The translations under genes and the position numbers were made by a program. Of a stretch of DNA of 64,000 nucleotides, positions 51,267 through 62,884 are shown piece after piece. The stretch is from positions 372,001 to 436,000 of the forward strand of contig MU054033.1 in NCBI GenBank assembly GCA_013239625.1, written 5' to 3'. The notes beneath the pieces were generated by a model. The model saw only the letters and a program-made list of their open reading frames with translations, was not told the origin of the DNA and did no database searches. This DNA comes from Lama guanicoe (taxonomy: Eukaryota). Position 1 is the stretch's first letter. Each line of letters opens with the position of its first letter.

Positions 51267-52351
51267 TCCCTTTGCTTCGGGGAACCCGGTGTATGAAAGG
51301 GAACTGTCTGGGGGGAATTTTGAATCCGCCTTACACTTAAAGTCGAGTTCTGGGCCATCGAGAGCCATACCTGGCTCTTTGCAGAGGCAGCTGTTGCCAG
51401 TCAGGCATCGCCAGGAATGACGAGCCCGTAAATGATCCTCCGGAGCCCCGTTAATTACCCAGTGGGCAATTCCAGGCCAAGGAGGGAACTGACACGTCCT
51501 GGACGGGAGGCGAGTGTTGGAACTTGCCCCCAAGCCTTGGAGCCCTGCGCAGCCAGTCAGGGAGATGACGGCGGTGGATTTTTCCAGCCACACTGCCAGG
51601 GAAGGTGCTGGCGCACACCCCTCCCGCAGTTAATTGATGCTCCATCCAGCTGAGTTCAGGCCTGCAGAGGCGCAGGGCGGCCTTCGGCTTGGGGGAGCTT
51701 GCCGCGAGCAGTTCTTCAGACCTGCTGTCTCCCGGCTCTCGGTGTTGCCTCCCTCCCTCTCCTTTGAAAGGCACGATGCAGCTCTGCGCGCCAGGCAGGA
51801 GTAAAATTTTCTTATTTTCCTTTTCTTGAAGAGGGTGAACACAGCAGCAGAACGCAAGCAGCGTGTTTCACATCGTGACGCCTCGGCGGCTCGCACGGAC
51901 TCTTCCGACTTCGGTGGAAGGGTCTCTCCCGGGGCCCGGTGGTCCCCTGGGGGGCATTCCAAATTGGGAAGACATCTGTTCATCATCCACAAAACAAGCA
52001 AGGAGGTAGAATCTCACGGCCTTCATCACCAGGATGCAGACCGGCCCTCGTAAGCGGCCCAGAGCTCTCTTGTGAAAGAGGCAACATTTCCCCCAGGAGT
52101 TCTTTTCCGGATCTACCACAGTTCTGAAGACCGCTGCAGCGTGACGTGGCTTACCCCGGGCTCGGCAGGCTCGCACCTGAAGGTCAGGTGTCAGAAGTCG
52201 AATGAAGAGCATCTCCAGGAGCAAGGACCATCTGTCACCTAGAAACTTACATTTAAAGAAGACAGTGCGGACAACGGTACCCAGAATGGGGCTGTTTCAA
52301 GCATTTCATGAAAAGCACTTGATTTCGCTGTTTCTGTCTTCCTGGGACCAT

Positions 52352-52783
52352 ACTCTCTCTCTCTCTCTCTCTCTTACTTTAATTGAAGTACAGTGAGTTA
52401 CAATGTGACAATTTCTGACGCACAGCCCAGTGTCCCCGTCATGTCTACCCATACCGATATTCGTTTTCATACTCTTTTTCATTAAAAGTTATTACGAGAT
52501 ATTGAATATAGTTCTCTGTGCTCTACAGAAGAAATTTGATTTTTTTAATCTGATTTTTATATATAGTGGTTAGCATTTGCCAATCTCCAACTCCCAAATT
52601 TATCCCTTCCCACCCCTTTCCCCTTAGTAACCATAAGATTGCTTCCCATGCCTGCGAGTCTGTTTCTGTTTTGTAGATGAGTTCATTAGTGTCCCCTTTT
52701 TTCTTCTTTTAGATTCCACACATGAGTGATAGCATATGTTATTCCTCTTTCTGGCTTACTTCACTTAGAGTGACGTCTCCAGG
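52352..52783 (-). mobile_element. L1 3' UTR fragment with (CT)n tail
   Basis: aattgaagtacagtgagttacaatg...gagtctgtttctgttttgta...tttagattccacacatgagtgat...ggcttacttcacttag. Confidence 0.9.
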
Positions 52784-52784
52784 T

Positions 52785-53661
52785 TGGATGGCTGCATTCT
52801 CTCCCCATGTGTCTTCATGGCATCTCTCCTCTGGGTCCGAATTTCATCTTATAAGGACCCCGGTCATACTATATTGAAGCCCACCTTCATGACCTCATAT
52901 TTCCTTGGTTACCTCTGTAACGACCCTCCTCAATGTTGTCACAAATGGCAAGATTGTCTTCTTTCTCATGGCTGAATAATATTCTTTTTTGTACATATAC
53001 CCTATCTTCTTTATCCAATCATCTGTTGATGGACACTTGGGTTGTTTCAGTATCTTGGCTGTTGTGAATAACGCTGTGGTCAACATGGGGATGGATGGAC
53101 TTCAACGGCATTGTGCTAAGGGAGATAAATCCAACAAAGACGAACACTGTATGGTACCACTTACATGTGGAATTGAAAAAAGCCAAACTTGTTGGAATAG
53201 AGAGTAGGATGGTGGTTGCCAGGGGCTGGGGGGTTGGGAGAACTGGGGACATGTTGGCCAAAGGGTACAAACTTCCAGTTAGAAGATGAATAAATTGTGG
53301 GGATCTAACCCTCAGCATTGGGATTATAATGAATAATATTGTATTGTATGCTTGAAAGTTGCTAAAAGAGTAGATTCTAAATTTGCTCACGACAAAAAAG
53401 AAATGGGAATTACGTGATGTGATGGCTGTGTTAGCTAACGGTATGGCAGTGATCACACTGCAATATATAAATGTATCAAATTATACACCTTAAATTTACA
53501 TGTCATGCACCTTAAATTTATACAATGTTATACGTCAGTTATATCTCAGTAAAGCTGAAGAAGAAGAAGAAAAGACTGTCTCCAAATTAGATCACATTGT
53601 GAGGTACTGGGGTTAGGACTCCAACATTTGAATTGATGGGGGCACATTTCGCCCCGTAACA
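52785..53661 (-). mobile_element. MLT1B-like MaLR LTR split by an L1 insertion
   Basis: cttataaggaccccggtcatact...ttacctctgtaacgaccct, then after the insert gactgtctccaaattagatcacattgtgaggtactggggttaggact...ccccgtaaca. Confidence 0.82.
52931..53572 (+). mobile_element. L1MA9-like element with 5' inversion (twin priming)
   Basis: 52931-53090 antisense. 53091-53572 sense 3' UTR (gggtacaaacttccagtt...atatctcagtaaagctg) with a (GAA)n tail. Confidence 0.88.
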
Positions 53662-54101
53662 GTTTCTTTACTGGATGCAAAGTCCGCCTGCAGCACACGT
53701 GCCCTACAACGCAGGTCTAATAAACACGTCTGTCAGAATAACAAGGGAGCCTGGAATTCTGCTTTCTATGGAGAGATCTGGATTGAAATGGGAAGTATCC
53801 AGGCAGAGGTTTCAGCTTGTGAGGACAATATGGGCTAAGAAATCTCCTTAACGTTTCTCTTCATACATGTCTGTTAATAACATATCTTCCCTTCCCCGGA
53901 AAAAAGACCGCCCTCCCGCACTTCCTTTCAGGGTTAGCCACTCCTCACCCAGCTCGACCTCCTTTTCAGCATCTTCCTTGAAGGCGACCAAGATTTCTAC
54001 AACCCGTGGAGCTCTTCTTTCTTTAAGCCTTTGCATTCAGAATTTGAGCCACAGAATTAGCCTTTTCTCTATTCTGCACAATGTGGCACTTGTGGGATTG
54101 C

Positions 54102-54390
54102 TGTCTTAGTCCTGCTGTCACTGTAACAAAACAGCACCGACGTGTGGCTTATAAACAACAGAACCCTCCTTCTTTCAGTTCTGGAGGCCGGGAAGTCCAA
54201 GATCAAGGTGTTGGCAGGGCCGGGGTCTGGCGAGGAGCAGCTCCCTGGTTCACAGATGGCCGTGCTCCTGCTACGTCCTCACCTGGCAGGAGAGACGAGG
54301 GGGCCTCTGGGGTCCCTTTCAGAAGGAAGCTAATCCCATTCGGGAGGGCTCCACCTCCACGACCTAATTACCTCCCGAAGGCCCCATGAC
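54102..54390 (-). mobile_element. MaLR LTR (MLT1A/MST-like), truncated by an ERV1 LTR
   Basis: tgtcttagtcc...ggcttataaacaacaga...gaagtccaagatcaaggtgttggcag...gggctccacctccacgacctaattacctccc. Confidence 0.85.
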
Positions 54391-54908
54391 TGAGACAGGA
54401 GGGAAGTGAGCAGGGCACAACCATTAAAAGAATGACATAGCAACTGAGGATAGGACATAAACTGGTTCAAACCTGACTAGGCCCACGATGGTGGAAAATT
54501 CAATTCCAGTAGACTTTGAGACCTCAGATGGCAGATTTGACTTCCACTAGACCTTGAGCATCATTATATGCTCATTGTAATATATTAGCATGCTAAAGGC
54601 CACTCCTACGGTGCCACGGCAGTTCTGACGCTGGCCATAAAAAGCCCAAAAGTGGGCAGCGGCCCAATGGCTGGGACCCCTTGCCCCTTCCCCCAAGCAG
54701 CTGGAGTACTCTTCCCACTTATTAGCATGTGAAGTTACTGAGCACATAAAGACTAGCCACCCCCACACCTCGCGGCCAATCTCACGCTCCTAGAAGACCC
54801 ATGCCCTGCAGCCACCTCTCGCCTCTCGTCACTCTCTCTCTTGCCTGCTGAGATGGCCCACACTCTGTCTATGGCGTGTGAACCTACGTTTACTTTAAAC
54901 TAAACACC
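54391..54908 (+). mobile_element. MER41-like ERV1 LTR, 3' truncated
   Basis: TGAGACAGGA start. agaccttgagcatcattata...cccacttattagcat...cccacactctgtctatgg is colinear with 4208-4650. Confidence 0.85.
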
Positions 54909-54910
54909 TC

Positions 54911-55770
54911 TGGTTAAAAATGGGTAGAAGATCTGATAGACGTTTTTCCAAAGAAGGAATTCAGGTGGCCAGGAGGTACTTGAAAGATGCTCAACATCAC
55001 TAATCATGAGAGAAACGAGGGCCAAAACCACAGTGAGATACGTCACTTCGCTCCTGTCAAAATGACTATCATCAAAAAGACAAGAAAGAGCAAGTGTTGG
55101 TTGAGGATGCGAAGGGGAGGGAACCCTCGTGCGCTCTGGGTGGAAATGTAGATTGGTGTATTTTTCACCTGTGGTTGTGAGGGAATTTGGTCTATAACTT
55201 TATTTTCTCAGAACGTCTTTGTCTGGGTTTGTTATAGGGCAATACTGGCCTCATAAAATGAGTTGGGAATTGTCCCCTAGTCTTATATTTTCTGAAAGAG
55301 CTTATGGAGAATCGGTATTTTTATTTCCTCAGATGTTTGGTGGAATTCACTCGTGATGCTGTCAGGGCCTGGGCTTTTCTTTGTGGGAGATTTTAATTCT
55401 GGATTTAAATTTTAATTCCTTTATAGATACAGGGCTGTTCAAATTATCTATTTCTTCTAGAATGAGCTTTCGTAGTTTATGTCCTTCAAGGAATTTTTCC
55501 ATTTGATTTGTCACATTTATCAGCAGAAGTTTTCCGTAATACGCCGTTATTTTACGTTTTGAGTCTGTAGGCTCTGTGATGATGTCTCCTCTTTGATTCC
55601 TGATACGGATAATTTATGGCTTCTGTCTTTTTTTCCTCCATCTGTCTGGCTAGACGTTTATTAATTTTTCATTGTCAAATGTTTTTTCTGCATTTCTGCC
55701 ATGATCACTTTGTTTTTCTTTTTCAGTCGGTTAATACAGAGAATTACATGATTTTCAAATGCTCAATCCA
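54911..55770. mobile_element. Juxtaposed old L1 ORF2 fragments (sense 54911-55160, antisense 55160-55770)
   Basis: aagatgctcaacatcactaatcat on the sense strand; atactggcctcataaaatgagttggga on the antisense strand. Confidence 0.8.
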
Positions 55771-56706
55771 CCCAGCAGTTCTATTTGAACTGCTCACTGA
55801 TGACAGACCCTCTGCCTGTGCCTATTTCTTGGCCTTTGTAAGAACTACCAAAGATTTTGGCCACTTCGCATCAACAGCAGCTTTAATTTGGGGTCTCGAA
55901 CCCTTTCCACAGTTGTGCACACAGAATCTTTCCAATAAGATGAAAGATTAAACTGTTAAAATTATGTCATTGGTGAGCAAAGAAGACTGACTAAAATGAA
56001 AAGAAAAATTTTGTTCAGCAAGGTAGACTGATTAAAATGAAAGGAAAAATGTTTCTTATGTCAAAGGGTTTCCTCCTCTGCCCTAATGCATACATGGGTA
56101 ACTCAGTGGAGAGCGGTAGGGACATGCAGCTTTTACAAGTACGGGGTTTAATGAAAGACAATCGTCTTGGATCCCCGAAAAGAAGATTAATTTATTTGCA
56201 TCTCTAAGTAATTTTTAAAGCAATAGGGAAGTGCTACATCAAACATCAATTATCTGCACTTCAAAAATCCGTTTATGTCTTAGGAACAGCTCAAACAGGC
56301 CCACTGGATGGCCTGAGTGCTCTGAATGGCAACTAGAAGGAATGAGGTTGCAACTTGACAATCTGGCAAAAAACAATTATCCTGGCTCCTAGGCTTTATA
56401 CGAAGTGTCTCCTTACAGATGAATACATTTGTTGAAATGGAAGAATCTTCTGTGAACCATTTAATCCTGTCCCCACAAACAGGCAACATTTGCATAAACA
56501 ATTTTCAGCATTCATGCTGAGTATCTACTTCAGTGCTGAACACATAAGAAATCGTCTTCAATAAACCTTCCTGAATTGGATTGATCCGCTCTTAATTCTT
56601 CCCAGGGCAAAACGGTAAGGAGCAGTTACACACTTTTCTTTAGCACCCCTCTGTAGAAAACCGAATGGCTTTCCCTGTGCGAACCTGCATGCCTCTGTGC
56701 ATGTCA

Positions 56707-57051
56707 GGGGTGGTGTGCTATGAAGTGCTTAACAACCAGCTCATCAAGAGAAAAAAAATGGTAGCATTTACTGATCTGTGGCTTAATTACGCTACAATCT
56801 TGATTTCACTGAATAGTATTTCCACTGTATAAATACAACGGACATAAATAATTTTAAGAACAAAGACAATAGTAAAGTGTAATAAAAGAGTTAGGAAGCG
56901 GAGTTCTGAGACATTACTTTTACTTATAAAGTAATTTATTTCATTGTAACTTCACATAAGATTATTTTAAATGATGCTTGTTCAAGAACAGGCTTATGAA
57001 ATTCCTGCCAATGTAACTGTTGGCTCTGCGCGTCCGCCCAGCACACCGCTG
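56707..57051 (+). mobile_element. MER63B-like hAT-Blackjack DNA transposon
   Basis: Terminal inverted repeats gtggtgtgct and agcacaccgctg. Internal ttaacaaccagctc, agtatttccac, aatagtaaagtgtaataaaa. Confidence 0.8.
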
Positions 57052-58119
57052 TGAGCAGCCCCGGTTGAGTTCTCTAAGGAGACGAAAACCCAAAACCCAA
57101 ACCAAGAGCAGGCCACCACGTTCCTCGATGTCAGTTGTAAGCGTCCGGAACTGACAATGACTTTCTGGGGAAAGGGCAGACACAGTTCATAGCTGAGGGT
57201 ATCTCGTTTCCCGAGCCTCACTTTCTTGACCGGGAACATGAGAGCGGAGTTATTTCAGGATCTCTCAGAAGTGGGGGGCCTGGGGTCCCATCCTGCGCGG
57301 TCCTGGAGGGAAGTCGCCTGTCTCTCTGCTCAGCACACGCTCGTCCGATGTGCTGGAGGAGCAGGGGCTTCTGAGCAACAGGCCCGCTCGGCCTGACAGT
57401 CTGCGTTTTGCGCAGCAGCTTGTAAAACCTCCGGGAGCGTGTGCTCTCTAAGCCCCGGGATCACGTCCACGACCCAGTCAGATTCCCTCAAGCCCTTCTC
57501 TTCCTTTGCACACGTAGTAACTTCCCTCTTCTCCGTCCAGACGCACCCATCACCCTTTTCGACCTTGTTCTCTGAGCCCAGAGACGGACAGGTGTGAACT
57601 CCACGCAGTGGCTTCCCGCTGGGCTCCGCAGCGAGCGGCCAGGGCAGCGGGGCGCAGCGGAAAGGAAGGCCCTGGTGGCTGCTCAGCGGGCCCCTCGGCT
57701 CCACCCTCCGGGGAAGCTGAGGCCCGTCTCCCCGGCGCTCCTGGCTGCGTTTCCCTTCCAAGCCTCGGGATGGCAACGGCCCGCTGTTGCTGTCCCCTGG
57801 GGACTGCCCCGTGCTTCCCACTCCCTGCCCACTTAGGTAAAGCGCCTCTTGATTACAGTCCACGCCGCACACCCAGTTCTTGTCTGTCTGGATGCTAATT
57901 GCTTCCCCTTCATCATTAGAGCGGCCGCCATCAGTCTTCTGTGCCTCTGCCTTCTCCTCTCAAAAAAGTACCTTGAAACGGAAGTTCGGCCTCCTTAACT
58001 TCCTCCTCCAATTCTTTATCAAAATTTACTATACGGAGGGGTTTCTGCAAATCACTACGTATGATTTGCAAACACAGGAACATAAAATCATCATGAAGTC
58101 TCAATGAATTCAATAAACT

Positions 58120-58500
58120 GTTATATTAGAAAAAGGACAGTAGACACAGAAAAGTCTTTTGAAAAAAATCCAGCACAGTTCATAATAAAAATTCTCAGTA
58201 AACTAGGAACAGAAGGAAACGTGTTCACCTGATGGAGGCGAAATCCCCGCAGCTCCCGGCTACTCGGGGGTGAAAGAGAGAACGCTTTTCCTCTGAGATC
58301 AGGAACAGGAGGAAGATGCCCGCCCTTTGCCGCTTCTGTTTAACATCGTCCTAAAAGGCAACGAGTGAAAAACAAAACAAAATAAAAGAGCATCTAGATT
58401 GGAAGGGGCAAGGTATCGTGTCTCTGTGCAAAGGTGACATGACCTTGTACACAGAAGAGATTCACTGAGAACTCTTTTACAGCTGAGGGTGCAGGCCTCA
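58120..58500 (+). mobile_element. Old L1 ORF2 RT fragment
   Basis: tagacacagaaaagtcttttgaaaaaaatccagc...gagatcaggaacagga...gatgcccgc. Confidence 0.75.
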
Positions 58501-59745
58501 GAAGCCAACTCCGCTTCTCCTCAGGAAAGAGCATTCCTTTAACCTGAAAGTCTAAAGGATCGAGTCAGCCTGCGAAGTGTCCCTCGGTCTCAAGTGACAT
58601 TCTCTGAGCACCTCCCTGCTGGATAGGGTTTGAACTCTCCAATTTCTTCCAAGTTCTTCTTCTCAAACTGAACCGTGCGCATCCTGCAATACATGCTTAG
58701 TGAGCACGTGAGTGTCTGAAGGCACAGATTAAGTAGAGCACCGCCCTGAGCATCGCTGTCTGGGAAGGTATTTTTCAGGGGAAAGTATTACTCTAACATG
58801 AAGACACACGTTAAGTCAAGTAGTTATGAGGCAAAGGGCATTGTGCACATAAAAGCGGGGGGGGGGGAGCACTGAGCACAGCAGACCACTTCGGCCCAGC
58901 CCTGACAATTGGCTTACTGCTTACAACCACTGAAGACATTTCAATTGTGAAGTCAGAGGAGCTCCATTTAAGGCATCTTCACAGAGCAGCCAGCTCCCCA
59001 AATGAGTAAGCAACACATCGGTAGCGTGCATTTAAGATCTTGGGAAACATTAACTAAGTCACCATTAAATATTCTCCATATAAAGCTGTGATTTCTTTTG
59101 TGTGTCATTTAGCCATTATTTAAGAACGCCTGCTCACGGGGAAACGTTTGTCATTCCAATATTTAATTAAATTCCATTTCACGCTTTAAAGCGTTCCTTG
59201 ATTTGACTTGTCTCTCTGCAAAAATGATCAGCCCCCATTTTTGCTTTCTAACTGAGTGGAACTATGCAAATGTTTTGATTAAATGGTAAACTAAATAGCT
59301 CTGCCAGAAGCAGCTATTTCTACAGGAGGCGACGCCACTGAATTACCCAAGAAAAATGGAACGATGCCAACTGCTGGCAGATGCAGGGAAACTGATACGT
59401 ACTTCCAAACGCACAAGCGACTATCAGGCAGTTCTTGCCCCCTCAACCCCTCAGAAAGAGGAAGAAATAAGAACAGCCCCCCCGCCCCCAAAAAACCCTA
59501 GAACAAAAGGGTAGACAGGGTCACAGGTAGTGCTGGCCTATTTGCTCTGCTTTCTCCCATTTCCCACCTGAATTCTGCAGCGCAGAGACAGCCTTATTTC
59601 ACACATTCCAAAACCTGGCTTCTAAGCTTGTTCCTCTCCGTTTGGAATTTGCCTTCCTCTAGAAACAGTATAAAATTGGGTCATCGGTGTCTCTGGCCAG
59701 TGCGTACGAAGCTTTCCAATTCGTGCGTAGTTAAAACACTGCATT

Positions 59746-60186
59746 TGAAGTGGGAGGGAAGGAGGCAGGGCGCAGCCGTGGAAGGAGCGACGCCGCAGTT
59801 GAGGACAGGACAAACTGATAAGGACAAAGATGGCAGAAGGTTCAACTTCCGGGAGACCCTGAGCCTCATGGCACAGCCACGGGCACCATGACAGTTCCCA
59901 GGCTGACCACGAAAGGTCAAGAAGTGGGCAGGAGGGCACTTCCTGGACATCCCCGCCGCTTCCCCAAAGTAGCTGGAACAATCCTCCCACTCATTAGCGT
60001 ATGAAATACCCAGGCCACGAACCCTCCCAGCTCCGCACCTGACGGCCGCTCCCTCTCTTGCCTTCTGAGACGGCCCGCACTCTGTCCGCGGAGTGTGTGT
60101 CTCTCTAAAGAAACTTGCTTCCACTTTACCACGCCTCACTCTTGAATCCTTTCCTGTGCGAGGCGAGAGCCTGTTCTCCCACAACA
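59746..60186 (+). mobile_element. MER41-like ERV1 solo LTR with 4-bp TSD (CATT)
   Basis: TGAAGTGGGAG...CTCCCACAACA, with catt at 59742-59745 and 60187-60190. Colinear with the other two copies. Confidence 0.87.
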
Positions 60187-60419
60187 CATTTGCAATGGAA
60201 AGTGTAGGAAACAAACCGCAGCAATATTGGCAATTCAAACAGAAAAACAGTAAAAGTGCAAACCAGCCCCAATGCCATTAACTGTGTTACATTTTCACTA
60301 TTGAACATTCAGGTCATTTCCAGTTTTTATGGTAAACAGTCCTAAAATTGATACAGCCCTGTATATATCTCTGCACTTTTCCTAGGACTGCCCTTTTGAT
60401 TCTGTAATTAAACATTTTT

Positions 60420-61060
60420 GTAAACAACGCAAGAAATACTGATGACACTTGCGTAGAAAACCTGCACGACAAAAGTATCATAAAGCCAAAAGACAAACGA
60501 TTAAGACATACATGTGACAAGGAGTTAATCACCACAACATGCAAAAACTCTTAAAAATTGGTTAGAAAAAGATTTTTAAGTCTCAGTGTGAGATAGCCAA
60601 AGAATAGAAATAGACAGTTTTGAAAGAGGAGCTATTAATAATCCACAAACATATGAAGACATGATTAATTTGACTGTTGGCCAGAGAAATGAAAATTCAA
60701 CTCATAGGAAGATACTATTTTCATCCAGTGTATTTGTTCAAACACGAGACAAAATGATGCCATCTTAGCGCTGGCAAGGATCTGGGGGAAAGGGCACTTG
60801 CGTACTTTGCTCACGGAAGTGGGAATGAGTAAACCCGCTCTGGAAAGCAACCTGGCAAAAAGTTTAAATACACGTACGCTTCGGCCCAGCAATCTCACTT
60901 CTCGGAATTTATTCTGTAAGACGAAGATGTCTCTATGCAGTTTGGGGCCTGGCAACAAACACACAAACAAACTCCCCAAACTACAAGATGTGCGGAAGGC
61001 AGTTTGCAAAGAAACGTCCAGTTTGGTAAAACATAAAATGACATGGTGAAACATAAGCTC
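60420..61060 (+). mobile_element. Decayed L1ME-type ORF2 3' end
   Basis: agagaaatgaaaattcaa...gctggcaaggatctgggggaaagggcact...ctctggaaagcaacctggc...cccagcaatctcacttctcggaattta. Confidence 0.75.
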
Positions 61061-62744
61061 TTATTTCCGTGAAGTTTGTGAAACGTGTGGAGAAGGGCTG
61101 CGCTGGCTGTGAGCCTTGGGAGGTGGTAGCTTAATTCACAGAAACCCAGCCTAGATGATGGTGGTGCTGGCTTTGCTAGGACCACAGAGGACTTTGTGAC
61201 TGAATTGTCTTAAAGGGCTGAGTGAGTCTGAACGCAGAGCAGGGTGAAGACCTTCACCACCTGTGCACAGGTTACAGGGCACGGACAGCGTGATCTTCAC
61301 TGCAGGGGGCGCACGGGGACAGCACGTGCAGGTGCGATCACTGACTGACCCTAGCCTTGACCTTAACCCTAATCACTGACTGCCACGTAGGGGTGGTGGG
61401 GTCCAGGCTAGAAGAGATCTTGTCCTAAGTCCAGGTCCCTGTTCTCCTCCCTCTGACTCTTCTCCAAAAGAGTCCCCAGGGAGTCCTCACCTGCTGGGTC
61501 CTCTCCCAGGTTAGCGGCCACATGAGGCACACTTGACACCCTTCCCGGTGGCTGTGGGTGTAACTAGAAGCCGCAGCCTCCTCTCCACTCTCTCCTTCCG
61601 GGCCTCCCTCCCCTCTCTTTCCCTGGCCGGCCCATGTCCAACCTGCTGGGCTATGCCATCGTGCCCAGGGCTGGGCCCAGCACCCACAGGATGAAAGCAG
61701 AACCTGGGAACCAAAGTCCTCGCCCTACTCCAGTTCAGAAAGTGTGGAGACTCGAGGGAAGGGTCCCCAGCCAAAATCTGTCATCGTAGGAGCCAGCAGG
61801 AATCAGGGGACCGGGACCATGCACCAACTGGAATGAAGACACAAGATACCGGATTCTTTCTCTCCTTACAGGGCCGCCTTGCGGGCCAAGGCTTGGCTGT
61901 CCGCATTACTCAGCTATCTGCATGAGCGTTCCCTGGGTGGTGATCGCGGGAACCACATTCTACTCCACGTTGGTGACTAAAAATAATCCCCAAGCCTAGG
62001 TTCTTAAAACTCCTGATGAGGAGCTAAAGAGAGACTCCTGCAGCCTCTGGCCTTGAAATGGGAACCCCAGACAGCTAGGATGAGCTGCCCTTCAGCCTCT
62101 CCAGCCAGACCCCAAGGATGTCTTAAAATAAAAGCTCACTCTCTGTGTGTGAGCCGTGGGGCGCATCAGCGGGAGAGGCAGGCAGCTGTCCTTCTAGCCA
62201 ACCGCCGGCTTCTCACTCCATTAAACGCTTACAAGAACGGGTCACAAGAGGGACTTTCAGTCCAGCTGTGTTACTTTTAGTCCCTTGCGTGTCACACTCC
62301 AAAGCCACACACTCCAGAACCATGAGTTCAGTGAGTTCAAGTCCGGCCACAAGCGTGTCGGTCTGGGACGTTTCTCCGAGTCTCGGCTTCTCTGCTGAAA
62401 ACGGGTTTGAAGACTGCACTTGAATGAGTGAGCACAGGGGAGGCACTGAGCAGCCAGGTGTTCCAGAAGCACTGGCTGCCATTCTTGTTCCTTCGCTGGT
62501 AACACAGTTTGCTTGCTCCTTTAAAAAAGACGATCAGAAAAGCTTTAATAAAATTCTGTGCGTGGAGGGGCTGGGCCACGAGGGCAGCGCTGTAGGATGC
62601 CTAGCTCACCCCCTCCCACGAATAAAGCAAAATCTACACCGAAATACGGAGCGAATCATACGGATTACCTACTGAACTCCGGCAGAAAATCTCTTACATC
62701 CGAAATACGAGGAAATCCTCACAAAACCGACAAACAACAAACGT

Positions 62745-62884
62745 CTTCTACATAAAACAGGGAACTATTTTCACTATGTTATAGTGACCTATAATGGCAA
62801 AACATGTAAAATGGAATGTATGTATATATATGGATGACTGAAACATTTTGCTGTACACCAGAAATCCACACAACATTGTAAACT
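62745..62884 (+). mobile_element. L1 3' UTR fragment lacking its tail
   Basis: acagggaactatt...gactgaaacattttgctgtacaccagaaat...acaacattgtaaact. Confidence 0.85.

Noticed and set aside
57972..58044. Possible minus-strand coding exon KPLRIVNFDKELEEEVKEAELPFQ with AG and GT boundaries
   Set aside because: Weak polypyrimidine tract and donor (GTACTT), no partner exons, no recognisable protein, and adjacent to an L1 fragment.
58046..58070. Hairpin tgcaaatca-N7-tgatttgca
   Set aside because: A 9-bp stem is too short for a pre-miRNA and plausible by chance in 64 kb.
54391..60186. Paired LTRs of one provirus
   Set aside because: The copies differ structurally, the 59746 copy has its own 4-bp TSD on both sides, and no gag/pol/env sequence lies between them.
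61349..61374. Interstitial telomeric repeat (ccctagccttgaccttaaccctaa)
   Set aside because: Only four degenerate hexamers with one perfect unit; too short to distinguish from chance.
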